A DNA stretch of 64,000 nt from a virus. A model generated the notes under the pieces. It had not been told where the DNA came from. It was given only the letters and a program-made list of their open reading frames with translations, and did not search any database. The stretch spans positions 1 through 64,000 of IMG/VR virus record IMGVR_UViG_3300026544_000001; one strand, 5' to 3'. The position numbers and the translations under genes are program-made. Each line of letters starts with the position of its first letter. Position 1 is the stretch's first letter. Below are positions 40,974-51,700 of the stretch, piece by piece.

Positions 40974-42148
40974 TAGATAATATACTGATTCATAATAGTT
41001 AGTATAGCTGGTCTGTCTTCGAAGGTAGCTTCTTTAACTAGTTTAGTATCTTTCTTAGATAACTTATATTCAGCTATATTGTCTTTATCTAGTATCTTAT
41101 CTAGTAATATAGATTGAGCTATAGTGATAGGTTTCTTGTTAATATATTCATTTTGGTAGTATGCCCAGAATTTACCTGCACTGAATCCTATGAATGAATG
41201 ATTATCTTTGTTAAGATTCATTAGATCTATACAATATACTGCATCTTGTATAGTCTCTGCCCAATCAAGGATAAATGGATATACTATCTGATCTATTGCT
41301 GATAGCTTAGATATATCTAATGGTTTCTTGTCATCTAGTATTTTTCTGAAGTTAATCTTCTCTAAGTATGCAACATGCGATGCTAGTTCTGTAGCAGCTT
41401 CAGATGATACATATTGCTTAGCTATAGTTAGAATATTATCTTGTATGAACTGATCATCTAGATTATTAAGACAAGTAGATAAGAAATCCCAAGATCTAGG
41501 CGTACCATACGGTGTCTCTGTAGATTCTTGTTCTTGTAAGAAGTTCAGGTTAAGTTTCAAGAATGAAGATACATATCTATGTAACTGAATACCTACTGTT
41601 TCATACCATTGAGCTGGATTGAATTGTATCTTAAGTATTTGCATACGATTGATAATAGCTGAACCAAATCCATCAAACCCTGCTTCAGTAGAATCATTAG
41701 CTGTTGCTATGATAGCTACATTAGGTAGAAGTTTATATTGTTGCAGTTTACGGTTAAGTAATAGTTCATATAGAGCATCTTGTGCTGTCTTCTGCATAGC
41801 ATGTACATCATCTATAAGAATAATAGCTCCAGCTGGATTATCCATAGCCATTGAGTTAGCTTGATAGATAACTTCTGGTACAGACCATTGAGTGTATCTA
41901 TGTTCAGTAGATTTTGATAGTGCGTATTTATCTATTGCTTTGTCTTTAAGTTCACTGGGTAATCCCAACCACTGCTCTGTAGATATAGTGGCACCAGATA
42001 GATCAAGTAGACTCATACCTAGTTCTTTAGCAATAGAAGCTACTTTAGTTGATTTACCTGAACCTGGAGATCCCATAAGAACTATAGGTGCTATATATTG
42101 ACCTGTAGTTTGGGCTTTAATATTTGATTTGATTATAGTTGCTTCCAT
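40973..42148 (-). CDS. MoxR-type AAA+ ATPase
   Basis: GSPGSGKS, LIDD, ATAN, AIINR, TPRSW. Confidence 0.88.
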   Translation of the reverse strand: MEATIIKSNIKAQTTGQYIAPIVLMGSPGSGKSTKVASIAKELGMSLLDLSGATISTEQWLGLPSELKDKAIDKYALSKSTEHRYTQWSVPEVIYQANSMAMDNPAGAIILIDDVHAMQKTAQDALYELLLNRKLQQYKLLPNVAIIATANDSTEAGFDGFGSAIINRMQILKIQFNPAQWYETVGIQLHRYVSSFLKLNLNFLQEQESTETPYGTPRSWDFLSTCLNNLDDQFIQDNILTIAKQYVSSEAATELASHVAYLEKINFRKILDDKKPLDISKLSAIDQIVYPFILDWAETIQDAVYCIDLMNLNKDNHSFIGFSAGKFWAYYQNEYINKKPITIAQSILLDKILDKDNIAEYKLSKKDTKLVKEATFEDRPAILTIMNQYII

Positions 42149-42428
42149 TTTTTGATTCCTTATATTATTTAACTAGTTAATTTTTCACTTAATATTTCTT
42201 TTACTATACCTGTTAGTGATGTTGCTATTTGTTCTTCTACCTCTATTTTTATAATTTCTAACCTACTTTTCAATATACTATCTAATTCCAATTCTACAAT
42301 AGTATATACTTTATCTGCTAGACTATCAGACTCCCATATATCCAATCGTTCTATTTCATTATCTATATATTTTTCAAGTGATTGTTTTACTATATCGTTA
42401 GTTATATCTATAGTTATATTCATTTTAT

Positions 42429-42871
42429 TTACCTCTTTATGTTATTTTCTTTCCATTCTACCCATTTACCTTTAGCTTTTAAAGCTATACTGGCAGGTCC
42501 ATTAGTTGTATAGTATGGCTCTTTACAGTAATACCATATACAATTATCGTCTTTATTAAAATAAATATATTCATCATAATCCGGAAATCCCCAATTTATA
42601 TTACATAGTTTTAGATCAGGGTTTAATTCGAATAGAAATAGTAGTTTAGTTTTTATTCTTTCCATTCTAACCATTCTCCGGTATAATCTAAAGCTGTATA
42701 TGCTGGTTCATCTAATTTATCTATTTCATTGTGATTACAATAATAATGGATTTTGTTAGTTCTTTTATTAAAATATATGTATTCTATACACCCTACATCT
42801 TCCCAAGCTGTGTTATATAACTTAAGGTCAGGATTCATATTGAATAAGAATAATAGTTTATTTTTCATCAT
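42429..42871 (-). other. Two tandem paralogous small proteins (42429-42665, 42653-42871)
   Basis: Both share KLLFLF..NPDLKL.N..W...YIYFNK...YYC...PA..AL...G.W.EWKE. Confidence 0.75.
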
Positions 42872-43456
42872 AGTCCCAATTTAACCAAAATGCTTTAGAG
42901 TTAAAGTTGTGTGTTCTATTGTAAGTAGTACACATATCTACTTCATGTGATAATGCTCCTAGTACTAATAATATTCCTGCTATTATAATCAATGATATAG
43001 CTTTCATTACAGTTCCTTAATGAGTAAAGATGTATAGATTATTATTCCAGGATTGCCACTTGGTTGGCATACTGATACTGGTTGCTGAGTAATTACTTTT
43101 ACATTATGTGTAGTTCTAAGTTCATTTATCTTAGCTGCTGTTTTATCTAATGAGGTAGCAAAGTTAATATATTTGCCTTGTTGATATGGTTTAGTTATAC
43201 CTAGATTAGTCATTAGTTACTCCATTTTTTAACTTCTTTGATTCTATCTTCTAAAGCTTTGTATGTTTTCTTTAATAAAGTAGATGTCTTACCTATCGGG
43301 TACCTACCTTGATAGATGCGAACTATAGATTTCATATCATATAGTTTAGCTATAGGATATGTATTTAGGTTATCTAGTGTATTGTTACAACTAAATACTA
43401 CTTGTTCTTCTGTATGTTCTCTCATATTAGTTCCTTGTGTTAAATTTATTATTTAT

Positions 43457-43540
43457 GTCATCCAGCTCCCGCATATGGATAGACTGCTATTCCCACTAAG
43501 TTTCGACACCTATTGATCAAGTAGGTCTGAATAGCTCCCA
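43457..43540 (-). ncRNA. Candidate structured intergenic element
   Basis: GCTATTC/GAATAGC enclosing ACCTA/TAGGT; second hairpin ATCCA/TGGAT; two GGGAGCT copies. Confidence 0.35.
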
Positions 43541-43548
43541 ACTGTTTA

Positions 43549-43713
43549 TTATAAATCAAATTGTTTATAGTTTAATATATCACATATATGTTGTGCATCT
43601 TCTTTTGTTTTAAAATAAATTTTACATAATGAGTATTGTAAATCATCTGTGTTACAATTAAATGCACGTGATCCTGTTAATGTATAATTAGCTAATAGTT
43701 CATCTATTGTCAT
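43549..43713 (-). CDS. 54-aa ORF absent from the ORF track; possible chimeric remnant
   Basis: MTIDELLANYTLTGSRAFNCNTDDLQYSLCKIYFKTKEDAQHICDILNYKQFDL. Confidence 0.5.
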   Translation of the reverse strand: MTIDELLANYTLTGSRAFNCNTDDLQYSLCKIYFKTKEDAQHICDILNYKQFDL

Positions 43714-44619
43714 TACTCTATACCAAATTCAGATAAAGTATCTAATAGTCCTTGCATATCACATTCAGATAGATTTAGTTTACGATATGTTTGTTCACAT
43801 TGTTTATAGATATTTTCACCTTTACGCATAGATTCAATATTGTCTACATAACCAAAGTCCTCTAAAAAGTCGTCCATAGTGTACTGAATGAATAATAATG
43901 CATTTTCTAGTATTGCTCTAAAAGCAAATAGGAGATATTCATCTGATAACTGTTTAGGTAATAGAGGGTTAAGTATACTAATATGGTTTCCTGTATTGTA
44001 TATTTTATAGTTAAACGTTTTTCTATACTCTAGTTCAAGCTGATTATTATCGGAGCTGCAGATGGTAGTGATTTGTGACTTATCTATATCTTTTGGTATT
44101 TCAATTTTCCAATGAATATTCTTTTGGTTAAGAACATTTTCTTTTAAAAACTGAGCTGATTGATGGTATTGATATGACTCATTATCGATTAATATATTAT
44201 ACTTAGGGCATAGTATATAGTGAGTAGATTTATAATCTTGTAGTTTATAGTCTGATTTGACTACAGTATCAAATTGGGATGATATATTAAATTTATTTAT
44301 TAGTTCTTGTTTAGTCATTACTATTCCTTATTTAATTTAAGGTTGTCTCTTTAGCATATTGCTTAATTAACCTAATTACATTTTTAGTATATTTATAATC
44401 ATAACCTATGTGAAGTAATACTTTTTCTAAAAATATAGTATCGTTTCTAAATATATCTAAAGCTTTTGCTATTTGATATCCTGATGTTTTATTAATATTT
44501 ACTTGCGTTCTAATAGATCCAATTATGGCATAATATAATTCTGTTTTATCTTCTTTTTCTTGTCTTGTTAATCGCATATTATCAATAAGAGATTCTGGAG
44601 GTAGAGATAATTGTATCAT
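43713..44619 (-). other. Two hypothetical ORFs (43713-44318, 44332-44619)
   Basis: AAGGA RBSs. Confidence 0.55.
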
Positions 44620-44639
44620 TATTATTCCTTATATTAAGG

Positions 44640-44718
44640 TGGTGAAGTAGGTAGATACTCGAAATCTACAATTCTCACTTAAAAGGCGAGTGTCAATTAC
44701 CGCTTAGACTACTACTTC
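44640..44718 (-). tRNA. tRNA-Lys(UUU) with encoded CCA and atypical T arm
   Basis: Acceptor GAAGTAG/CTACTTC + A + CCA; D arm GTC/GAC with GG; anticodon arm CTCGC-CTTTTAA-GTGAG; T arm GTAGAT-TTCGAGT-ATCTAC. Confidence 0.85.
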
Positions 44719-45047
44719 ATTTGTAGTTGAGCAGGCTAGGTCTCAACTGGTCTTTATAGCCAAGTACTATGTACTAAGGAGTTACCTATGAAAACATATG
44801 AATCCAAAGGATACAGGATTTCACTGCATGCACCTCCATCTTGCATATGAGGCTCTGGGTGTATTACTCTTTCCATCTCCATAGAGATGTAATTAAGAAT
44901 CTAGTGCCATTGGTATCTTCAATAGGTACTAGATGTTGTGCTGTAAGTTCTATAGTGTATCCTGAAGATACCCAAGTTCGTATTTTCTTTTGTGTATCAT
45001 GTATGGTTTCTTCCATACATACGAATTCTTTTTTCATTAGTTATCCT

Positions 45048-45482
45048 TTAATTAAAGCAATTATCTTTAAAATCTTCTATTGCTTCTTCTTTTTCAGTCT
45101 TTACATAATCTCTAATTGATTTAATTATGTTTAGTTCTTCATCAGATACTAGATTAGAAGATACTCTTCTTTTTCCTGTGTCCCAACCTTCTCGTAATCC
45201 ATTAAGGTATAGATTTAAGTCTCGTTTAGTATATGGTATTATTGTATGTACAGTACATATTGTTCTAAAATGTGGTTTACTCCATTCGCTAAATTGATTC
45301 CATTTAATATCCAGTACTCCCCATACACCTTTATCTGAAGGGTGTTTATCATTTGTACCTATATAGATATCTACTTCTGCATATAATGCTGCATATACTT
45401 CTACTTTTATGGTATCAAATAGTTTAAAGTTTTTATTGTTCGATACATCATTATAATTTGAATACTTTAGCGGTATTTTCAT
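45048..45482 (-). CDS. Hypothetical protein
   Basis: 144-aa ORF with AAGGA RBS. Confidence 0.6.
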   Translation of the reverse strand: MKIPLKYSNYNDVSNNKNFKLFDTIKVEVYAALYAEVDIYIGTNDKHPSDKGVWGVLDIKWNQFSEWSKPHFRTICTVHTIIPYTKRDLNLYLNGLREGWDTGKRRVSSNLVSDEELNIIKSIRDYVKTEKEEAIEDFKDNCFN

Positions 45483-46329
45483 TAATTATCCTTTGTATCG
45501 AAATATTTGCTGTTTATAATTAGATAGTAACTATCTCTTACACCTTCTATGTAATCATAACTATAACCTTGATTTCTTAAATCTGTTAAATATGCTTCCT
45601 CTTCCATTAATTATCCTTTATGTTAATATTCAATAGTTATAAAATCATTTTTCCATAGATATATTTTACCTATTGATGAAACAAATACTAAATCTTCATT
45701 AAATGTAAATACTATTTACGTACTCCGTTAGTATACCTTTTAACACTTTCTGTAGCCTTAATTAAAATACCTTTATCTGCCATAACTTCAAATACTTGTA
45801 AGTCTATCTCCATCTTTAGTTTACTGTTAGTATCTTGTAGTTGTATTTTCATTAGTTATCCTTTTGTGTTAAATTACTCTAGTAGGTATATATCAATGAT
45901 GTTGTTTAGCCTAACACCATTGAGTGTTTACTTAGTAAAACCAAACTTTAAAAGTATGGTAATTAAATCTCAATATTGCAAATCTAATAACACTTATTGT
46001 GTTTATTTTGATTAAGACTAGACATCTTATATGGCTCTGGTTTGTTTCTGATGTATACCTGCTAGAATAATCTAGCTAATGTTAGCTTTTATTCTAGTTG
46101 CGAATTGTCTTAGTTCTTTCTTTAGCTGCCCTCTACCTTTAGATGATATAACCTCATCACATAGTTTGATCACAATAGATTGCTTAGTAGTCATATACTG
46201 TATAAACTGTATAGATTCTTGTATGTGTTTGTCTTTTAGTAATTCTTGTTCTTTTGTGTTACATAGCTTATTGTACTTACGGATGAGAGTTTTAAGTTGA
46301 CGCTTGTTAGTATATAGTTTAGGCATTAA

Positions 46330-47058
46330 TTATCCTTTGATAATACTAGGATGTTCTCCTACAAATGGTTCACAATAGATATATCTTGTGTTTTCATCAG
46401 TATAATAGCAATCGTATTCTGTGTGACTAAATTGTCTTAAATCAGGTTCTTTTCGTTTTTTACAGTCATAGAACCAACACCACTCACCTTTAGATGGCTC
46501 CCATGGTTTTAACTCATCTGCATGAAACACTTCATTAGCAAAGCCCTTTTCTCGTATTACATATGATTCATCCCATGTTTGACTTTTTTCATTTACTATG
46601 AGTATTCTATATGGATGTTTAGATTGTGAATATCTTACTAATTTATTTCTATCTACATCTGAAAATTCTGTCATTTTATCTACTAATGGAGTAACCCAGT
46701 CACCTACTTGGTACTGTGGCTCATCTGGTTTGATACGAAATTCTATATCAGAATATTGCAAGCTACTTCTAAATTCTTTTATAGTTGTATCTATCCATTC
46801 TGTTTTGTGATTACACTCTTCTACAGTATCCCCAAAGTGATTGTATGTTCTATATTGAATTTGTTTGCCCTCTATTTCTGCCTTCTTGTATTCAGCATAT
46901 TTATCGTTGATAACATATTCACATTCAATGTTCCAAGTTGGTTGAGCACTTAAATTCCATTTGTTTAAACTACCTTTACACCATATCTCAGCTCCTTCTG
47001 GTTTATCTTTCCACCATGCAAGCGCTTCCCAATGTTTATTTAATGCTTCTTTTGTCAT
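46330..47058 (-). CDS. Modular YRIKP-family hypothetical protein
   Basis: Start set at MTKEAL after AAGGAG; shares a 102-bp block and RIKPDEP.(F/Y).VGDWV with the 32028 gene. Confidence 0.65.
   Translation of the reverse strand: MTKEALNKHWEALAWWKDKPEGAEIWCKGSLNKWNLSAQPTWNIECEYVINDKYAEYKKAEIEGKQIQYRTYNHFGDTVEECNHKTEWIDTTIKEFRSSLQYSDIEFRIKPDEPQYQVGDWVTPLVDKMTEFSDVDRNKLVRYSQSKHPYRILIVNEKSQTWDESYVIREKGFANEVFHADELKPWEPSKGEWCWFYDCKKRKEPDLRQFSHTEYDCYYTDENTRYIYCEPFVGEHPSIIKG
46902..47003. repeat. 102-bp near-identical repeat, copy 2
   Basis: Matches 32468-32569 with one mismatch. Confidence 0.9.
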
Positions 47059-47083
47059 TTTAGTTCTCCTTAATTTAATATTC

Positions 47084-47122
47084 TTATATGAGTAGTGAAT
47101 GGAAGAAACACTACTCATATAA
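47084..47122. other. Perfect 14-bp hairpin
   Basis: TTATATGAGTAGTG-N11-CACTACTCATATAA. Confidence 0.6.
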
Positions 47123-47683
47123 AGATAAGTAGTCATACATTCCTATGTCCAGTGACAGTGAGGCAATTAAAGGTAGCTTACTCCTGTATTAATTGGTTAA
47201 CGTATGACTATATCTAGTTTCAAAATTTAGTTTATTACAATAGTTATGCCAATAATTATTGTATTAGTATGACCTACGTCAGGGACTTAGCTAACTGTAT
47301 ATGTTATATGTGCACTTGATTTATGCCATTGTATGTCTAGTATATCTACTACTGATTGTCCATCTCTAGTTACTACTTTAGCAAAATCTTTTAGTACTGC
47401 TTCAGGTTCTGATCCTTGTATTTTAATTACGTTAAAACGTAGATCACCTTTATATGTTATAGTTGTATGTTTCACTAGTTATCCTTATATTTAGTTAGTA
47501 CTTTATTAACTTCTATTGCAATTGTTGCTTCAATAAGTTCGTATAACTGTTTAGTTGTTATACTTTTATATTGATCATAGTTTATATTCATCGGTAAATG
47601 AGGATCTGACAGCTTGATATAACTAAAGTCTCCTGTATCACATACTATTGCTACTTCTGTTTCTTTATATTTAATCATAAATG

Positions 47684-48136
47684 TTATCCATGTTTAATAA
47701 GGAAAGCTATGTATTTAGCTCTGCTTTTAGTTTGTTTAGCATATAGACTATCTAGTAATCTATTAGATGCGGCCTTGTAGTATTTATTTTTAATACACCA
47801 TATCATGTCTTTAAAGGTAAGAAGTCCTGTATACCCTATATTATATGCTAAATCTATTATAGCTACTTGTCTTACAGGGTTTAGTTTATTAAACCAATCT
47901 AGGTTATCTAATCTATGCCTAAGTCTAATAAGTCTGAACTGTAGTAGGTAAAGTGCTTCTTCTTTAGATATACCATGTGTTAGATTAGTACCATACCCAA
48001 TAGATATTCCATTAATGTCTACATATGGAGTAGATACAAATCCTTCATGTTTCTGTATTAGTGTGGTTGCTGTATTAAGAACAGAGTCTGCTATTAATAG
48101 CCGGAAGGAGAATAGTAGTATAAGTAGGTATCTCAT
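47684..48136 (-). CDS. GH24 phage lysozyme with N-terminal signal-like peptide
   Basis: HEGFVSTPYVD..G.SIGYG, LAYNIG, DSLYAKQTKSRA; N-terminus MRYLLILLFSFRLLIADS. Confidence 0.85.
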   Translation of the reverse strand: MRYLLILLFSFRLLIADSVLNTATTLIQKHEGFVSTPYVDINGISIGYGTNLTHGISKEEALYLLQFRLIRLRHRLDNLDWFNKLNPVRQVAIIDLAYNIGYTGLLTFKDMIWCIKNKYYKAASNRLLDSLYAKQTKSRAKYIAFLIKHG

Positions 48137-48507
48137 TGTTTTATACCAGTGATTGTACAATCTTTAAAATTCCAGTAATGTAGGTTCAACTTTAAGTTAA
48201 TACTATTTATCTCTTTACCAATAAAACACCCGTTTTTATTATCATATATAATATACCAACTATTTAAATCTTTTAAAATATCTCCACCTTTTCCATCTTC
48301 ACTTAAACTAGCGAATATTTTATTATTGTTAGAATCTAGCATATTAGAAAAGTGGATTGATAGGGTTGATTGATCGATTTCAGTATTGAAAGGTTCATCA
48401 ACATCATAATTAACAATATTTCTTGTATAATCATCAGCGTAGCAATATCCTTCTACCCACTCATCACTGTTTAATTTTTTTGCTCGGTATATTGGTATTT
48501 GTGTCAT
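48133..48507 (-). CDS. YopX-like protein
   Basis: IYRAK....EWVEG...LDSNNNKIF...GDIL pattern. Confidence 0.7.
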   Translation of the reverse strand: MTQIPIYRAKKLNSDEWVEGYCYADDYTRNIVNYDVDEPFNTEIDQSTLSIHFSNMLDSNNNKIFASLSEDGKGGDILKDLNSWYIIYDNKNGCFIGKEINSINLKLNLHYWNFKDCTITGIKQ

Positions 48508-48509
48508 AA

Positions 48510-51133
48510 TTACTCCTTTATAGGTACTATTTGTATTATTCCTAATATTATAGCTAACACTCCTGTTGTAGTTGGGCCAAATGCTAAATAAGATCCTCCT
48601 AGTACAAGAGGTATAGCTAATATTACATTGTGATTATATATTGTTTTCATAGATATTTCCTTATTAATGTTTCTAGCTCTTGTGTAGATAATGTAGTATG
48701 AATACCAAAGCAATTACCTTCAGCTAGATTGAGAAGGTATATTAGATATGCTCTATACATAGTTTATCCTTATAAGGAAGCTAATAGTTCTTCTTTAGAG
48801 AAGAATACTTTATTATTATTACTTCTAGTGAATTGTCCATCACATAGATCATTGAAATATAGTGTTATACCTGCATCTTTAATTATACTTACTTCAACTA
48901 GTTCTGCTTCAGTTACTTTATTATTGTGCATGAAATACATAGTTTGACCTAATGTATATTCTATTGGGCTATATGTATCTTGTGTGATTGTTATTGTCAT
49001 AATTTATCCTTAATTATTTCTTCTAGTATTAATATGTTATTAGAAGGTACTGTTATGTTATAGGTTATATCTTTATAGGTTAATACAAGATTACTATCTT
49101 TATTAAAATCTATTTTAGAATTTGTAAACTTTAGTTTATTCTTAAAGAAGTATCCATGATCTTTATAAGTATTAGAATATATCTCAACTAGCTGATTATG
49201 TCTATCTTCATTTGATATAATTTCTAATTTATTCATAACTGCTCCTTAGTTTAATGTTGCTACTACTTTGCAGTGTTCGTCTCTAGTTATTACACTATTG
49301 CCTATGAGTGTGTAGTATAGTATAGAATAGTTAGTAACTGTCCCTTGTCTATGTACTGTTATATATTTCTTACTTTGTTTAATAGTCATGACTATAGTCC
49401 ATACTCTACTAGAGTAAGAAGTATATTTAGATCTAAATCTATAATTGGTGTGTAATCTAATATCATTTGTTATCCTTTACTAATGAATTAAAGTGATAGT
49501 GTCCATCTAGTTTAGTTACTTTAGGATGTTCACTTTTAAGAAGTTGTTTAAGCTGTTTATTATATGTACCATTGATCTTTGTAACTACATTTAAATTAAT
49601 ATCTGATAATAGATCTTCTGTTATTTTGCCATTCTTTTCTAGTAAAGATAATGAGTCCATATCAAATATTGCGTATCTTGTTACTTTGTTATCTGTAGGA
49701 GCTAGATGTTTATATACATCTATAGTATTTGTTCTAGGAGCATACCTAACATCATACAATGTATTAGCTAAATTGTTTATATCTTCTTTAAGTTGTTGTT
49801 CTGCTTTTTTATACTGTTTGTATTGTTCTCTTAATGTTTGTTTCATTTATTATCCTTTATTTATTGTTATGCCCATATCTCTGTTATTCTACCTAATGAA
49901 GGAGTAGGTATACTTAGTTTATTGTATAGATCAGTAATAAGACTAGATTTGATATGTGTGTCTTTTCTTAGAGCTGAGTTATTAGCTTTAAGTAAATCTA
50001 TTTGTGTATCTTTCTCTTTGCACTGATCCAGAAGATCCTCTACTAGTTCATTTCTATGATCTAGTTGATTACGTAGCAGTGCAATAAGATCGTCTTGGTC
50101 TTGTAGTTCTTTGTTAATAGCTGCTGCATGTTCCGCTGGTAGTGTATAAGTGTTGGTTAATTTATTAAATTTCATAATGTCTCCTTTAGTTAGATGTATA
50201 TACTGTTATAAGTTTAACGTAGAAAAAATCGTTAATACTCGTTAAAAAATCTTCTGCATGTTCTATAGATTCAAATTTATACGCTTCGCTAGTACATTCT
50301 ACATATGTTATTTCATCTGATTCTATATCTATATATCGTTCAGAACCTATGCTCTGTAAAACAAATTCTTTTTTCATAGTGTCTCCTTTATATTAAGTGA
50401 TTGTATTGCTAAGTGTAATGTTGGATAGCGTGTAGGTTCTGTAGTTTGATTAAGTTGTAGTTGTGGTCTAGTGTTAAATCTAACTACACAAAATGTGTTA
50501 GTGATTGTATCAAGTCCTATGAACTGATGGTTGTGAGTTACATAAATCTGATAGTTATATGATCTAGCTAATTCATTTAGATTATCGTACTGATGAAATG
50601 CTAACATTTTGTCTCCTTTTAGTGTATAATAGAACTTTTAGTTACTTGTTCCTTTATACCACTATCTGTTAGATGATATGCTTGTAGGCAGTAATCATTA
50701 AAAGATTCTGGTGTATAATTTTCATCTACTACAGCAGCAACTCTTAGATAATCTATATATAGTTTAAGTAACTTATCTCTGTTATTTTCTATGAATTCCT
50801 CTTGGGTATATATTCTTGTCATTACTTCCTCCTGTTATATTTTCTTTTAGCTGGATTGGCATGTTCTATGAATACTAGATCAGATACATCTCGTAAAGTA
50901 TATTGATGTGTATCTTCTAGAGGTTTATAGTACTTTTTTAGTTTAGCTGTGAATTTACATCTACGTTTGTTATTACGATAGATTCCTCTTAATGCTTTCT
51001 GTAGATTGGGTGTTAGTTCAACCCAGCAATGGTCTCTATCTAGGTCTAGTGCTTTAACATGTGTTAATAGTACTAGAGTAGTAGTTGGGTTAATATAACG
51101 TAAGTTTGGTGTTAAATATGCTTTAACTTCCAT
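48510..51133 (-). other. Dense cluster of small early hypothetical ORFs
   Basis: About 10 co-oriented ORFs of 60-130 aa, mostly with AAGGA RBSs. Confidence 0.55.
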
Positions 51134-51163
51134 ATGAAGATCTCCTTGATTAAAAATTGATTA

Positions 51164-51193
51164 AAAAATAAGAATACTAATTAAAGTATTCTT
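51164..51193 (-). terminator. Intrinsic terminator
   Basis: AAGAATACT-TTAATT-AGTATTCTT followed by ATTTTT. Confidence 0.6.
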
Positions 51194-51197
51194 GAGT

Positions 51198-51656
51198 TTA
51201 CACTAATGGTAAATATGTAGTTTTTCTATCATATCCATAGTGATTATGTTGTCGTTGGTGACATCCATTTATTCCACCACATAGTATACGAACATCTCGT
51301 ATATCTTCTTGTCCAAGTCTGACGTAACTTATATGATGTAAATTTAGATTATTAGTTGATCCACATATCTCACATTTATTGTTTACTATAAGCATTCTGT
51401 CTTTCTTTAATTGTTTCCAGTAATTAGATTGCATATGCTTTAGTTTAGCTTCTCTAGATATAAACATAGAAGCATGATATTCTTCATTATCTGTTCTAGC
51501 AGTATTAAGCCAATTACTTTTACTTGGATTCTTAGCTGAAAAAATAAATAATAGCGGTATGAATATTATAAAACCTATAAAAAAAGAATCTGTTAAAGAT
51601 CCTATTGTACATGCTATTATAAGTGGTACTATTTCATTAAATTGTTCTGTTGTCAT
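51198..51656 (-). CDS. HNH endonuclease with hydrophobic N-terminal segment
   Basis: CEICG..NLNLHHISY...LC...CHQRQH; the first 40 aa are transmembrane-like. Confidence 0.75.
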   Translation of the reverse strand: MTTEQFNEIVPLIIACTIGSLTDSFFIGFIIFIPLLFIFSAKNPSKSNWLNTARTDNEEYHASMFISREAKLKHMQSNYWKQLKKDRMLIVNNKCEICGSTNNLNLHHISYVRLGQEDIRDVRILCGGINGCHQRQHNHYGYDRKTTYLPLV

Positions 51657-51671
51657 TACATCTCCTAGAGC

Positions 51672-51700
51672 AAAAAAAGAAATAGACTAATTAAAGTCTA
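51672..51700 (-). terminator. Intrinsic terminator
   Basis: TAGACT-TTAATT-AGTCTA followed by TTTCTTTTTTT. Confidence 0.55.

Noticed and set aside
43495-43535. Hammerhead ribozyme (stem followed by CGAAAC)
   Set aside because: The CUGAUGA core is missing at the required position; kept only as an unassigned structure.
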